Assembly (NCBI GenBank): GCA_018141785.1
Contig: CP073341.1
Location: 633,251-697,250, forward strand
DNA length: 64,000 nucleotides
Source of the DNA: Candidatus Paraprochloron terpiosi LD05
GTDB lineage: Bacteria > Cyanobacteriota > Cyanobacteriia > Cyanobacteriales > Prochloraceae
Direction: 5' to 3'
Numbering within the stretch: the first letter of the stretch is position 1; each line of letters begins with the position of its first letter. Under the pieces are notes generated by a model, which was not told the origin of the DNA, did no database searches, and saw only the letters and a list, made by a program, of their open reading frames with translations. Positions 46,291 through 61,733 of the stretch are shown here, piece after piece. Position numbers and translations under genes: made by a program.

Positions 46291-46871
46291 TGTTCAAAAG
46301 CGAGAATAAGCATATCTAGTTGTTCGAAAGTTGCTTTTATTTGTGCAGCTAAACGCAATTTTCGCCAGTCAATGTCGGAACTTTTATACACGATATCGTG
46401 GGTTGAAACTAACCATGCGTGTTCAAAAGCACTTTGGATTTGAATTTCAAAGATTATTTTATAAATGCTTAATTCATTATCTGGAACTATATCCTCATTA
46501 TTTCTGAGTTGAGCGTAAATTCTAGTTGAGTCAAATCTAAATATGTCAGGAGATTTTTGATTTTGTCCTCTTTTTACTATACGGGTAATCTTAAATGCTT
46601 TTTGGCAAAATTCTTTAACTACTTTTTCGTGAGATAAAGTAGGTATTATCACTGTACAAGCAAATAAATCATCTAAATCTGACCATTTTGCAAATCTTCC
46701 TGTTTCAATTTTTTCAGCCAAAGATTCAATAGTTTTGATGCGAGAAATAAACGCATATTTTGGTCGATCCTCACAAAACTTGGATAGTGTTTGCTTGACT
46801 TTTTTCGCAACCTTTTCAACCAAAGGTTTATATTCGTCATATTTGCGCTTTAGTACAGATGGATAAAGCAT
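46221..46871 (-). CDS. RelA/SpoT-domain (small alarmone synthetase-like) protein, probably 3'-truncated
   Basis: RIKTIESLAEK, DDLFACT and FEIQIQSAFEHAW..HDIVYK motifs. Confidence 0.7.
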   Translation of the reverse strand: MLYPSVLKRKYDEYKPLVEKVAKKVKQTLSKFCEDRPKYAFISRIKTIESLAEKIETGRFAKWSDLDDLFACTVIIPTLSHEKVVKEFCQKAFKITRIVKRGQNQKSPDIFRFDSTRIYAQLRNNEDIVPDNELSIYKIIFEIQIQSAFEHAWLVSTHDIVYKSSDIDWRKLRLAAQIKATFEQLDMLILAFEQNFGVILVFYRLCFLRRYETKRN

Positions 46872-46875
46872 AAAT

Positions 46876-50568
<3,693 letters not shown>

Positions 50569-50708
50569 TGGTTTTCCTTAATTGGCTTGAGTTATTTATT
50601 TACTTCAATCTGATGGATAGAGGGCGGAGCAAGAAAAGATACGCTAATCTCATTATAGCAATTTCTGCCCCTCCGCGCCTATGTGCCTCTGCGTGAAACA
50701 TTATCCCA

Positions 50709-53700
50709 TTATAACACCTTTGGAAGCCCTACCTCTTTCGGTTCCACAAAATTACCATCAAAACCGATGGCCCTATCTTCGATAGTTCTCGCCTTAGCCA
50801 AATCTTTGAGCAAATTACCACGTTCCATATCATCTGATGTCCCGGCGACGAGATAGACCATTAATTTGGCGGCTAAATCCCGTCTCGAAGTCAGCACCCG
50901 CTTCTTATTAGGGTCGTAAAGCACCCCATACCACAGGGATTTGGGTTCGGACACGGACGCAAAACCTCCCCCTAAATCGTAGGTGCGTAATTTATCGAAA
51001 ATATCTGCTAATAACCTCTTTTTCTTAAATACCAAGATTCCCAAAGCTTGAGCTAAAGCAATTTGTCCTATGGGGCGGAAGAGAATATTTGCTTCTCCAC
51101 CAGGCTTCTCGTGACTGAAGCGACGCAGCATGGGGGTTTGGGTTCCTTGTTCCAACCGCTGGTAACTGGGCAGACTCCCTAAATGGTCCCATAACTCCTT
51201 AAAATCCGCCACTCCCTCTTCTATTAGAGTCGAGGGGGATGTTACCACCCCGCCCCTCTCCTACGAACTGTACGTGAGACTTTCACCTCATACAGCTCAG
51301 GTGCTTCTATACCTTTACGGCGCGCTTTACGAGTCCGTCTTTAATGCGCTTGCGGTGTATCGCTTGCGCCTGGTGACATTCCCGATGGAGAGCAACTAAA
51401 TTCTTACGTTTCCAGTTGTTATGGTTGCCGTCAATGTGGTGCAACTCCACGGCACCATCCATCTCCATGAACGGTCGGTTGCAATGCTGACACTTACCCT
51501 TCTGTCGCTTAATGGCGTCAGCGGTTGGGCCACTGTATAATTTGGAGTTCCGACCAACCCAATAGGAAACATTCCCATCGTAGGGTGAGGCATTACCTTT
51601 GACCATTACGTGACGGTTCACTTCCCCAGAAACTGATGGGAACGCCTTATCCACCTGCATTTTCGTTAGCTGGCGTTTTGCTGCTCCCTTCTTCATCACC
51701 TTGCCTTTGATGGCTTGGCGACGAGCTTTTTCGGCTTCCTTTTTGGCCATTTTGCGTTTGTCTGCTCTTAGTTTGTGCCATAACCAATGGCTCAGTGACC
51801 ATAGGGCGTGTTTCGACATATCGCAGTGTTTATGGTAATTCCTCCAGCCTCGGACTTGTGACTCTATCCTTTTCAGGCGAGCATCCGTGGTTGTTCCGTT
51901 TTTCCAAGTGGCTTTAACCTTGGCCTTTATGTCTGCATAATTCTCCCAACTCGGTGTGGATTTGAAGACTCCACGGGAATTGACACGGAAGCGCCACCCC
52001 AGAAAGTCGAATCCATCCGTAGCTCTACTCACCTTAGTCTTAGCTTCGTTAATTTGTAGCCCTCTGGACTTTAAGAATTCGTCGATATCTTCCCGTAGTT
52101 TCCTGGTATCGGCTCCGGGTTTACAGATAAAGACCGCGTCATCTGCGTAACGTATACCCCTTATTAACGGTCTTCGCCGTTCTCTTTTCCATTGGTCTGT
52201 CCCTAGGTTCTCGAATCCATCTAGGGCAATATTGGCCAGTAATGGTGATATGACACCACCTTGGGGAGTACCCTTTGTACTGGAGGGGTATTCACCACGA
52301 ACGCCTGCTTTTACAGCTTTCTTTAACCCTTTTAAAGCTTCGATTGGTAGGACTACTCCATCGAGCATGACCTTGTGGTCAATTTCGTCAAAGCATTTAC
52401 TGATATCTGTTTCCAGAATCAGCTTGTCTTTACCATTTGCATTGCTTTTGAGATTGCTAAAGATGAGCTTTTGTGCGTCCGCAGTACAGCGTCCGGGTCT
52501 GAAGCCGTAGCTTCTTTCTCCGGCAGTTGCCTCGTAGGCAGGCTCGGCTGCTAACTTAAGCAACGCTTGCCATGCCCTGTCGGCTATTGTCGGGATGCCT
52601 AATCCCCGTGTTTTGCCATTCGGCTTGGGGATATTTACCCTTCTCAGTTGTTGGTGTTTCCAGTGGTACCAGTGCTTGTTCAGCTTTTGGCAGAGTGTCA
52701 GACGCTCCTTGGTGGAGAGTGCTGTTTTACCGTCAACTCCAGGGGACTTACGCCCTGTGTTCAGCTGTGTTACTTGTTTGACGGCCAGAGCTTGGGCTGC
52801 ACGGCTTTGTAATAGGAGCCGTTGTAAACGTTTGACCTTGGCTTTTGATTGTTCTTTTTGCGCTTTGAAGATACCCCGCTGTAACCGAAATACTTGCCGC
52901 CGGAATTGCTTCCATGGCAGGTCTTTCCAGACGTCGTCAGCCTTCCGACCTATCCTCCCCACCATTAGCAGGACTGCTAAGTGGAGTCTCAAGGCTTTCA
53001 GGCTGCGGTATTCGGTTGAAGTCTGGTTAGTGATGTTCACAGTTTTGACCTCGTCAGTCACTCTGATAGTTACATTGGGTCTCTTCTCTGTAGAAACCAT
53101 CGGGCAGTTACGCCCTCTCTTACCCTCACCCTTCCGATAGGCCGTTAATCAGGCGACCCCACCACTCCTGCTCCTGCGCACACGGCAGTCAGGCATTGTT
53201 GGGTTTGGAACCCCCTGTTTCCGTGGAAGTTGAGCGAGTTTTTACTCGTTCCGAACGAACTATTGTTACGAACCCTTGGGACTCATCCATTGACCTATCA
53301 CCAACTCAGGAATGTAAGTGCTTGAAATTTGCCTTACGAGTTTCTTTCGGTGTTTCTTCTGTCGTAGGTAACGGTCTTCCGACAGTGTCGGATGTTAGGT
53401 CAATTCTTCAGATGATTCACGTTAAGTTATCCCGGTGTTCTCCCTGTTAGCGGAAGTATCTCTGCCTAACCGTTTGGCCGCACTTTACCGCCCTGCTGCC
53501 AGCTTCAGCCTGATGATTAATCTCACTGTGGCCAGATAAGGATTCACGTGATTCCTTCACGGGAGAGACTTGGTTGCACGATTTCTAACCGTGGCCTCAC
53601 TCTCATAGTTCATTCAGTTGTCCAGGTTCGGTAACCCCCGGCATCGCGGATGGCGAGGGAACGTTTTTCCGTTTTCAGCCCCTTTCAGGACTTATATGCT

Positions 53701-56700
53701 CGGAGACGCTGTCCCTAAAACCCTGCTCCTGCTTATGTTTGGCTTACGCCGCGACTTTCACAGGAAACGAGCCGCACATTTCATCATCCTCTGGGCGCAT
53801 GGGAATCAAACCCCTATCCTGGGATTTCCACGTGCAGAATGGGAATTCTAAATAGCGCTCACACATATCTTGGAGCGCCTGAAGAGTAGTCAGGACGGTA
53901 GATTTAGCGGCTACAGTGGCGCTATCGAAATTGACTCGATCCTCCCGTCCCTCCTTTTTCTTCAATAGAGGATGGGTGACGGCAATAGTACGGGCGACGA
54001 TGGCAAAACCATTATCTTCGTTCAGAGAAGCTAACTGTCCTTTGCTCAACCGCACTACTGTTAAATTGACGTGGACGAAGATGGAACGGACTCGGCGCCT
54101 TGCTTCTTCCCTAGTTTCCCCTGGAGCCACGGCGGGAATAAACTCAATGCCGATTTTTTCCTTGGCTAAATTTTGCAGATAACCTGATTGGATGTTGAAT
54201 CCTTCCTCCAGTTTTTCCATGGGAATGGGGGATCCTATGGTCTTCTTGCTTTTATTATATTTGGGCAACATGCCTGTTTTTAGCAGTATTAGAGTCGAGG
54301 GAGATGTTGCCACCTCGCCCCTCTCCTACGAACTGTACGTGAGACTTTCACCTCATACAGCTCAGATGCTTCTATGCCTTTATGGCGCGCTTGTCGAGTC
54401 CGTCCTTGATGCGCTTACTATGCACTTCTTGGTGACATTCCCGATGGAGAGCAACCAGATTCAAGCGAAACCAGTTGTTATGGTTGCCGTCAATGTGGTG
54501 CAACTCCACGACACCATCCATCTCCATGAACTTACGGTTGCAATGCGGACACTTACCCTTCTGTCGTTTAATGGCTTTGGCGGTTGGCCCACTATATAGA
54601 TTGGAATTCCGGCCAACCCAATAGGGAATATTCCCATCGTAGGGTGAGGCATCACCTTTGACCATTACGTGGCCATTGACTTTCCAGGGAATTGCAGGGA
54701 AAGCTTTCTTAATCTGCTCTGATGTGAGCTGGCGTTTAGCCGCTCCTAAGGGTTTACCCTTGGTAGCCAGACGTCTTGCTTTCTCTGCTTCCTTAATTGC
54801 CATCCTGCGTTTTTCTGCTCTTAGTTTGCGCCATAACCATATCCGCAGTGACCATAGGGCGTGTTTATTCATATCGCAGCTTTTATGGTATTGCCTCCAA
54901 CCTCGGACTTGTGACTCAATCCTTTTTAGGCGAGCTTCCGTGGTTGCACCATTTCTCCAAGTGGCTTTAACCTTGGCCTTTATGTCCGCATAATTCTCGG
55001 AGCTCGGTGTGGACTTAAAGACTCCACGGGAATTGACACGAAAGCGCCACCCCAGGAAATCGAATCCTTCCGTAGCTTTACTCACCTTAGTCTTGGTTTC
55101 GTTAATTCGTAGCCCTCTGGACTTTAGAAATTCGTCGATATCTTCCCGTAGCTTCTTGGTGTCGGCTCCGGGTTTACAGATAAAGACCGCATCATCTGCG
55201 TAACGTATACCCCTTATGAGAGTGCCATCTCGGCGTCTCTTTTTCCATTGGTCAGACCCTAGGTTCTCGAATCCATCTAGGGCGATATTGGCCAGTAGGG
55301 GTGAGATAACCCCGCCTTGGGGGGTACCCTTCATACTGGAGGGATATTCACCACGAACGCCTGCTTTTACAGCTCTCTTTAATCCCTTTAAGGCTTCGAT
55401 TGGTAGGACTACTCCATCGAGCATGACCTGGTGGTCAATTTCGTCAAAGCACTTACTGATGTCTGTTTCCAGTATCAGCTTGTCCTTGCCGTTACACGTC
55501 TTCTTAAGTTGGTCAAAGATGAGCTTTTGTGCGTCCGCAGTACAGCGACCGGGTCGGAAGCCGTAGCTTCTTTCTCCGGCAGTTGCCTCGTAAGCTGGCT
55601 CGGCTGCTAACTTTAGTAGTGCCTGCCACGCCCTGTCAGCTATTGTTGGGATGCCTAATCCACGAGTTTTGCCGTTAGGCTTGGGGATATTTACCCTTCT
55701 CAGTTGTTGGTGTTTCCAGTGGTACCAGTGCTTATTCAGCCTTTGGCATAACACTAGACGCTCATTGGTAGAAAGCGCTGTTTTTCCATCAACTCCGGGG
55801 GACTTACGCCCTGTGTTCAGCTGTGTTACTTGTTTGACGGCCAGAGCTTGAGCTGCACGACTCTGTAATAGGAGCCGTTGTAAACGTTTGACTTTGGCTT
55901 TGTGCTTGTCCTTTTGCGCTTTGAAGATACACCGCTGTAACCGAAATACCTGACCTCGGAATCTCTTCCATGGCACGTCTTTCCAGACATCGTCAGCCCT
56001 CCGGCCAATCTTCCCCGCCAGCAGGAATGCTGCTAAGTGGAGCCTCAAGGCTTTTAGACTGCGGTATTCGATTGAAGTCGGGTTAGTGATATTCACAATT
56101 TGACCTCGTTAGTCGCTCTGATAATTACGTTGGGTATCTTCTCTGTAGAAACCATCGGGCAGTTACGCCCTCTCTTACCCTCGCTTTTCCGATAGGCCGT
56201 TAATCAGGCGACCCCACCACTCCTGCTCCTGCGCACACGGCAGTCAGGCATTGTTGGGTTTGGAACCCCCTGTTTCCGTGGAAGTTGAGCGAGTTTTTAC
56301 TCGTTCCGAATGAACTATTGTTACGAACCCTTGGGAACTCATCCATTGACCTATCACCAACTCAGGAATGTAAGTGCTGATGGACTGGCCTTACGAGTTT
56401 CTTTCGGTGTCTCTTCTGTCGTCTGTAACGGTCTTCCGGCAGTGTCAGGTTTTAGGTCTTTTCGTCGATGATTCACATTAAGTTATCCCGGTGTTCTCCC
56501 TGTTAGCGGAAGTATCTCTGCCTAACCGTTGGCCGTACTTTACCGCCCTGTTGCCAGCTTCCGCCTGGTGATTAACCTCACGGTGGCCAGGTAAGGATTC
56601 ACGTGATTCCTTCACGGGAGAGGCTTGGTTGCACGATTTCTGACCGTGACCTCACTCTCATAGTTCATTCAGTTGTCAAGGTTCGGTAATCCTAGTTAGG

Positions 56701-59700
56701 AATCGTTTGTCCGTTTTCCGCCCCTTTCGGTGGCTTAGATTATCGGAGACGTTGTCCCGGAAACCCTGCTCCTGCTTATGTTTGGCTTACGCCGCGACCT
56801 TCACAGGAAACGAGCCGCACTCCATCAAACCTTGAATCCCCATGAGGCGATGCTGACCGTCTAGAGCGAAAATGGAGAATTTTTCATTAGAGTCGAGGGA
56901 GACGTTGCCGCCTCGCCCCTCTCCTACGAACTGTACGTGAGACTTTCACCTCATACAGCTCAGGTGCTTCTATGTCTTTACGACGCGCGAACGGAGTCCA
57001 TCCTTAATACGCTTACGATGCATCGCTTGCGCCTGGTGGCATTCCCGATGGAGAGCAACTAAATTCTTACGTTTCCAGTTGTTATGGTTACCATCTATGT
57101 GGTGCAATTCCACAGCACCATCCATCTCCATGAACAATCGATTGCAATGCTGACATTTGCCCTTCTGTCGCTTAATGGCATCAGCGGTTGGCCCACTATA
57201 TAGTTTGGAATTCCGGCCAACCCAATAGGAAATATTCCCATCGTAGGGTGAGGCATCACCTTTGACCATTACGTGGCCATTGACTTTCCAGGGAATTGCA
57301 GGGAAAGCTTTCTTAATCTGCTCTGATGTGAGCTGGCGTTTAGCCGCTCCTAAGGGTTTACCCTTGGTAGCCAGACGTCTTGCTTTCTCTGCTTCCTTAA
57401 TTGCCATCCTGCGTTTTTCAGCCCTCAGCTTACGCCAAACCCATTTATTGAGTGACCATAGCGAGTGCTTGTTCATGTCGCAGTTTGAGTGATATTGCCT
57501 CCAGCCTCGGACTTGTGACTCAATCCTTTTCAGGCGAGCTTCCGTGGTTGCACCATTTCTCCAAGTTGCTTTAACCTTGGCCTTTATGTCTGCATAATTC
57601 TCCCAACTCGGTGTGGATTTAAAGACTCCACGGGAATTGACACGGAAGCGCCACCCCAAAAAGTCAAATCCTTCCGTGGTTTTACTCACCTTAGTCTTAG
57701 CTTCGTTGATTCTTAGCCCTCTGGACTTTAAGAATTCGTCGATATCCTTCCTTAGCCTTTTGGTGTCGGCTTCGGGTTTACAGATAAAGACCGCGTCATC
57801 CGCGTAACGAATACCCCTTATGAGAGTGCCGTCCCGACGGCTCCTTTTCCATTGGTCTGACCCTAGGTTCTCGAATCCATCTAGGGCGATATTAGCCAGT
57901 AGTGGCGAGATGACCCCGCCTTGGGGTGTGCCCTTTATACTGGAGGGATATTCACCGCGAACGCCTGCTTTTACAGCCCACTTCAGACCCCTGATAGCCT
58001 CTTTTGGTAAGACCACTCCTTTGAGAATGACCTGGTGGTCGATTTCATCGAAGCATCTGCTGATGTCTGTTTCTAAAACCAGCTTGTTCTTACCGTTTGT
58101 CTGGCTGTTTAGATTCTGGAAGATTAGCTTTTGTGCGTCCGCAGTACAGCGACCGGGTCGGAAGCCGTAGCTTCTTTCTCCGGCAGTTGCCTCGTAGGCA
58201 GGCTCGGCTGCTAACTTGAGCAGCGCTTGCCACGCCCGGTCGGCTATTGTGGGGATGCCTAATCCACGAGTTTTGCCGTTTGGCTTCGGGATGTTTACCC
58301 TTCTCAGTTGTTGGTGTTTCCAGTGGTGCCAGTGCTTGTTGAGCCTTTGACACAGCACCAGACGCTCTCTGGTAGAAAGCGCGGTTTTGCCATCAACTCC
58401 GGGGGACTTACGCCCTGTGTTTAACTGTGTTACTTGTTTGACGGCCAGTGCTTGGGCTGCACGACTCCGAAGTAGGAGCCGTTGTAAACGTTTGACCTTA
58501 GCTTTTGATTGTTCTTTTTGCGCTTTGAAGATTCCCCGCTGTAACCGAAATACGTGCCGCCGGAATTGCTTCCATGGCAGGTCTTTCCAGACATCGTCAG
58601 CCCTCCGACCTATCTTCCCCGCCAGCAGGAATGCTGCTAGGTGGAGTCTTAAGGCTTTCAGACTGCGGTATTCGATTGGAGTCTGGTTAGTGATATTCAC
58701 AGTTTGACCTCATTAGTCGCTCTGATAATTACATTGGGTCTCTTCTCTGTAGAAACCATCGGGCAGTTACGCCCTCTCTTACCCTCGCCCTTCCGTTAGG
58801 TCGTTAATCAGGCGACCCCACCACTCCTGCTCCTGCGCAGCCGCGCCTGAGCAGGCATTGTTGGGTTTGGACTCCCCTGTTTCCGTGGAAGTTGAGCGAG
58901 TTTTTACTCGTTCCAAATGAACTATTATTTTGAACCCTTGGGACTCACCCGTTGACCCATCACCAACTCAGGAATGCAAGTGCTGTTTCTTGGCCTTGCG
59001 AGTTTCTTTCGGTGTCTTTTCTGCTCTCTAGCGGCTTGGCAGTGTTCTAGATTAGGTCTTTTTGTAGATGATTCACGTTAAGTTATCCCGGTGTTCTCCC
59101 TGTTAGCGGCTTTACCATCGAACCGCTCGATAGCTCCGGTTCCGCCCTGCTGCCAGCTTCAGCCTGATGATTAATCTCACTGTGGCCAGGTAAGGATTCA
59201 CGTGATTCCTTCACGGGAGGGACTTTCACCCTCATAGTTCATTCAGTTATCAAGGTTCAGCTGGTCAGGAACTGTTTCAGCCTGTTACCGGGCTTAGATT
59301 GCAGCTCCAGTTTGTCTAGAACCCTGCCCTAGCTTCGTTCGCCCGGCATCCTCGATGGCGGGCGCGACTTTACTTGCTAGGAACGAGCCGCACCGAAACA
59401 TCTAGTAGTCCCACAGTTTCGTTTTGGTCTAGAGGGTCAAAATTGGCAGCCAATTTTGAGCAGCGTCCCTCCTCATCCCACTCCAGAGCCTGGGGATCAT
59501 CTACCCACTTGGGGCTGATCACTGCTAGGATGGCGGGAAACTTATGGAATTTGCGGGCGGCGAGATACTGGGCTAGAACTGCTTGCCGGGACCAATCTAG
59601 GGGACGCTGTAGCATTTCTTCCACCGTTTCCCCATCTTTGATGAGGTTGTTGGTTCCTGAGTCTAATTTTTGCCGAAACAGGGGCAACTGGGAAGCAAAA

Positions 59701-59888
59701 CAGAGACGGTTGGCGAGCCATTCCAGGGTGACGGAACCGATGAATGCTTCTGTCGTCCCCATTTGGGTTTTCTGCACTAAAATGCGATCGCGATCCCGAA
59801 GATATTTGTCCAGCAGGAGGGCAAGGGCTTGTCTGTCTTCTTTCTCTTGTTCCAGTATTTTGCGGGCAATGCTATCGGTTTCGTTCAT
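50709..59888 (-). CDS. DGQHR-domain (DndB-like) protein split by three group II introns (exons 59888-59394, 56885-56821, 54287-53778, 51222-50709; 527 aa)
   Basis: All three junctions are in frame; QRPLD in exon 1, ALDGQHRL in the 65-nt exon 2, FVHVN in exon 3. Confidence 0.92.
51223..53777 (-). mobile_element. Group II intron (family A), third intron of the DGQHR gene
   Basis: GTGCG...CTCTAAT ends. Confidence 0.95.
51307..53100 (-). CDS. Intron-encoded RT/maturase/HNH endonuclease
   Basis: YADD and HNH motifs; near-identical to 32242-34035. Confidence 0.95.
   Translation of the reverse strand: MVSTEKRPNVTIRVTDEVKTVNITNQTSTEYRSLKALRLHLAVLLMVGRIGRKADDVWKDLPWKQFRRQVFRLQRGIFKAQKEQSKAKVKRLQRLLLQSRAAQALAVKQVTQLNTGRKSPGVDGKTALSTKERLTLCQKLNKHWYHWKHQQLRRVNIPKPNGKTRGLGIPTIADRAWQALLKLAAEPAYEATAGERSYGFRPGRCTADAQKLIFSNLKSNANGKDKLILETDISKCFDEIDHKVMLDGVVLPIEALKGLKKAVKAGVRGEYPSSTKGTPQGGVISPLLANIALDGFENLGTDQWKRERRRPLIRGIRYADDAVFICKPGADTRKLREDIDEFLKSRGLQINEAKTKVSRATDGFDFLGWRFRVNSRGVFKSTPSWENYADIKAKVKATWKNGTTTDARLKRIESQVRGWRNYHKHCDMSKHALWSLSHWLWHKLRADKRKMAKKEAEKARRQAIKGKVMKKGAAKRQLTKMQVDKAFPSVSGEVNRHVMVKGNASPYDGNVSYWVGRNSKLYSGPTADAIKRQKGKCQHCNRPFMEMDGAVELHHIDGNHNNWKRKNLVALHRECHQAQAIHRKRIKDGLVKRAVKV
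54288..56820 (-). mobile_element. Group II intron (family A), second intron of the DGQHR gene
   Basis: GTGCG...CTCTAAT ends. Confidence 0.95.
54372..56096 (-). CDS. Intron-encoded RT/maturase/HNH endonuclease
   Basis: Identical to 29050-30780 except for the C-terminal ~30 aa. Confidence 0.95.
   Translation of the reverse strand: MNITNPTSIEYRSLKALRLHLAAFLLAGKIGRRADDVWKDVPWKRFRGQVFRLQRCIFKAQKDKHKAKVKRLQRLLLQSRAAQALAVKQVTQLNTGRKSPGVDGKTALSTNERLVLCQRLNKHWYHWKHQQLRRVNIPKPNGKTRGLGIPTIADRAWQALLKLAAEPAYEATAGERSYGFRPGRCTADAQKLIFDQLKKTCNGKDKLILETDISKCFDEIDHQVMLDGVVLPIEALKGLKRAVKAGVRGEYPSSMKGTPQGGVISPLLANIALDGFENLGSDQWKKRRRDGTLIRGIRYADDAVFICKPGADTKKLREDIDEFLKSRGLRINETKTKVSKATEGFDFLGWRFRVNSRGVFKSTPSSENYADIKAKVKATWRNGATTEARLKRIESQVRGWRQYHKSCDMNKHALWSLRIWLWRKLRAEKRRMAIKEAEKARRLATKGKPLGAAKRQLTSEQIKKAFPAIPWKVNGHVMVKGDASPYDGNIPYWVGRNSNLYSGPTAKAIKRQKGKCPHCNRKFMEMDGVVELHHIDGNHNNWFRLNLVALHRECHQEVHSKRIKDGLDKRAIKA
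56886..59393 (-). mobile_element. Group II intron (family A), first intron of the DGQHR gene
   Basis: GTGCG...CTCTAAT ends. Confidence 0.95.
56970..58700 (-). CDS. Intron-encoded RT/maturase/HNH endonuclease
   Basis: YADD and HNH motifs. Confidence 0.95.
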   Translation of the reverse strand: MNITNQTPIEYRSLKALRLHLAAFLLAGKIGRRADDVWKDLPWKQFRRHVFRLQRGIFKAQKEQSKAKVKRLQRLLLRSRAAQALAVKQVTQLNTGRKSPGVDGKTALSTRERLVLCQRLNKHWHHWKHQQLRRVNIPKPNGKTRGLGIPTIADRAWQALLKLAAEPAYEATAGERSYGFRPGRCTADAQKLIFQNLNSQTNGKNKLVLETDISRCFDEIDHQVILKGVVLPKEAIRGLKWAVKAGVRGEYPSSIKGTPQGGVISPLLANIALDGFENLGSDQWKRSRRDGTLIRGIRYADDAVFICKPEADTKRLRKDIDEFLKSRGLRINEAKTKVSKTTEGFDFLGWRFRVNSRGVFKSTPSWENYADIKAKVKATWRNGATTEARLKRIESQVRGWRQYHSNCDMNKHSLWSLNKWVWRKLRAEKRRMAIKEAEKARRLATKGKPLGAAKRQLTSEQIKKAFPAIPWKVNGHVMVKGDASPYDGNISYWVGRNSKLYSGPTADAIKRQKGKCQHCNRLFMEMDGAVELHHIDGNHNNWKRKNLVALHRECHQAQAMHRKRIKDGLRSRVVKT

Positions 59889-60078
59889 TATACTCTGATA
59901 GTTTTTTTAAATTATATTGCAGTTTTCGCAAACTACATAGTAGAATTTGTTTAATATCTTGGGGTTTACAAAAATATAACGGTTCTGGACTGTTGCCTTA
60001 AGATTCTTGGGTATATTTATCTACTTTGTATTAGGATAAATGTTATTAATTATAAAAAGTAATACAGGATTTTTAGGT

Positions 60079-61641
60079 ATGAGAGAAACACAGATATCAT
60101 TATTTCCAAGTCGGACTGTAACTGAGTTAGTAAAAGATATCCAAAAGTTAACGGTAGAAATTCAAGATTTGTACTGTCTGGATGAGATACCCTGGGTTAT
60201 AGGCTATAGTGGGGGTAAAGATAGTACAGCAGTACTACAGCTAATTTGGAATGGGATCGCCCAGCTTCCACCAGAAAAGCGCACTAAGACAATTTATGTT
60301 ATCACCACAGATACTCGGGTGGAAAACCCTATTGTTTCTGCTTGGGTAAATAAATCTATCGCCAAAATTAGGACTGCTGCGAAAGAACAGCAAATTCCCA
60401 TGGAACCTCATTTGTTGCAACCAGAAATTAAACAAACCTACTGGGTTGGATTAATTGGTAAAGGGTACCCAGCACCCCGCAATAAATTCCGCTGGTGTAC
60501 TTCCAGGTTGAAAATAGATCCATCTAATCGTTTTGTTCGAGATATAGTGCGAACCTGTGGGGAAACAATTCTTGCCTTAGGAATTCGCAAGACTGAAAGT
60601 GCTAACCGGGCTGCCATAATGACTAAACGGGAAGTGGAAAGAGTACGCGTTCGCCTCTCTCCAAATCCTAGTCTACCTAATTCCTTAATTTATAGTCCCA
60701 TCGAAGACTGGCGCACCGATGAAGTTTGGCTTTATTTAATGCAGTGGGAAAACCCTTGGGGAAACAACAACAAAGACTTACTCGCCATGTATCAAGGGGC
60801 AACAGCGGATAATGAATGCCCCTTAGTAATAGATACTTCTACTCCTAGCTGTGGTGACTCTCGTTTTGGTTGCTGGGTTTGTACACTGGTCACAGCTGAT
60901 AAATCTCTCAAAGCTCAGATCCAGAATGATGAAGAGAAAGAGTGGTTGCAACCTCTAATGGATCTCCGTGAAGAACTAGATATTAACAATGACCACGACA
61001 AGCGAGACTTTCGCCGCATCTACGGTAAAGTGGAGTTATTCGAGCGCAATACGGACGAAGGTACCTCGGTAGTACCCATTCCCGGTCCCTATACTAAAAA
61101 ATGGCGGGAATACTATTTGCGCCGAGTCTTGGAAGCACAAGTGCAAATCCGTAACACTGCACCAGAAGAGTTTCGCGACACTACTCTCATCTCCACCGAG
61201 GAACTAAGCGAAATTCGCCGCATTTGGTTGGAGGAAAAACACGAATTCGACGACAGTTTACCCCGCATTTACAAAGAAGTCACTGGGGAAGATTTCCAGG
61301 ATAGCCGTCTCAGTGCTGGTAGTAGTCTCCTGGGTAGCGATGAATGGAATGTGTTGGAAGAAATTTGCGTAGAGCCTATGCATTTGGAATTGATGGCTAA
61401 ACTCCTGGATACGGAACGGCAATACTATACCAAGTCTCGTCGCTTGGGTATTTACGACAGCCTGGAAAAATGCTTTGAAACTAGTTCCCGCTCTAAAGAA
61501 GAGGCGATCGCTCATGCTCATCGCAAAAGGGATGTGAAAACTGCTATTGAGAAAGGAAATGTGAAAACGGTTAAACAGCTAACTTGGTCCGATATTAAAT
61601 TCTCCAAAGCATCGCCCACCAACTCACTAAGGATTCTATAG
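60079..61641 (+). CDS. dndC: DNA phosphorothioation sulfurtransferase DndC
   Basis: WVIGYSGGKDS, RWCTSRLKIDP, CGDSRFGCWVCT and PGPYT motifs. Confidence 0.94.
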   Translation: MRETQISLFPSRTVTELVKDIQKLTVEIQDLYCLDEIPWVIGYSGGKDSTAVLQLIWNGIAQLPPEKRTKTIYVITTDTRVENPIVSAWVNKSIAKIRTAAKEQQIPMEPHLLQPEIKQTYWVGLIGKGYPAPRNKFRWCTSRLKIDPSNRFVRDIVRTCGETILALGIRKTESANRAAIMTKREVERVRVRLSPNPSLPNSLIYSPIEDWRTDEVWLYLMQWENPWGNNNKDLLAMYQGATADNECPLVIDTSTPSCGDSRFGCWVCTLVTADKSLKAQIQNDEEKEWLQPLMDLREELDINNDHDKRDFRRIYGKVELFERNTDEGTSVVPIPGPYTKKWREYYLRRVLEAQVQIRNTAPEEFRDTTLISTEELSEIRRIWLEEKHEFDDSLPRIYKEVTGEDFQDSRLSAGSSLLGSDEWNVLEEICVEPMHLELMAKLLDTERQYYTKSRRLGIYDSLEKCFETSSRSKEEAIAHAHRKRDVKTAIEKGNVKTVKQLTWSDIKFSKASPTNSLRIL

Positions 61642-61733
61642 CACGTACCATGACTATATCCAACTCACTTTCAATAGCACAGTTGCTGTGCTGACCAATT
61701 CAATCCCCAGTGGGCAATGCCCACCCTACGAGC

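Noticed and set aside
50709-59888. Short unique segments between long repeats as a CRISPR-like array or nested twintrons
   Set aside because: The unique segments are in-frame exons; the introns are sequential, not nested
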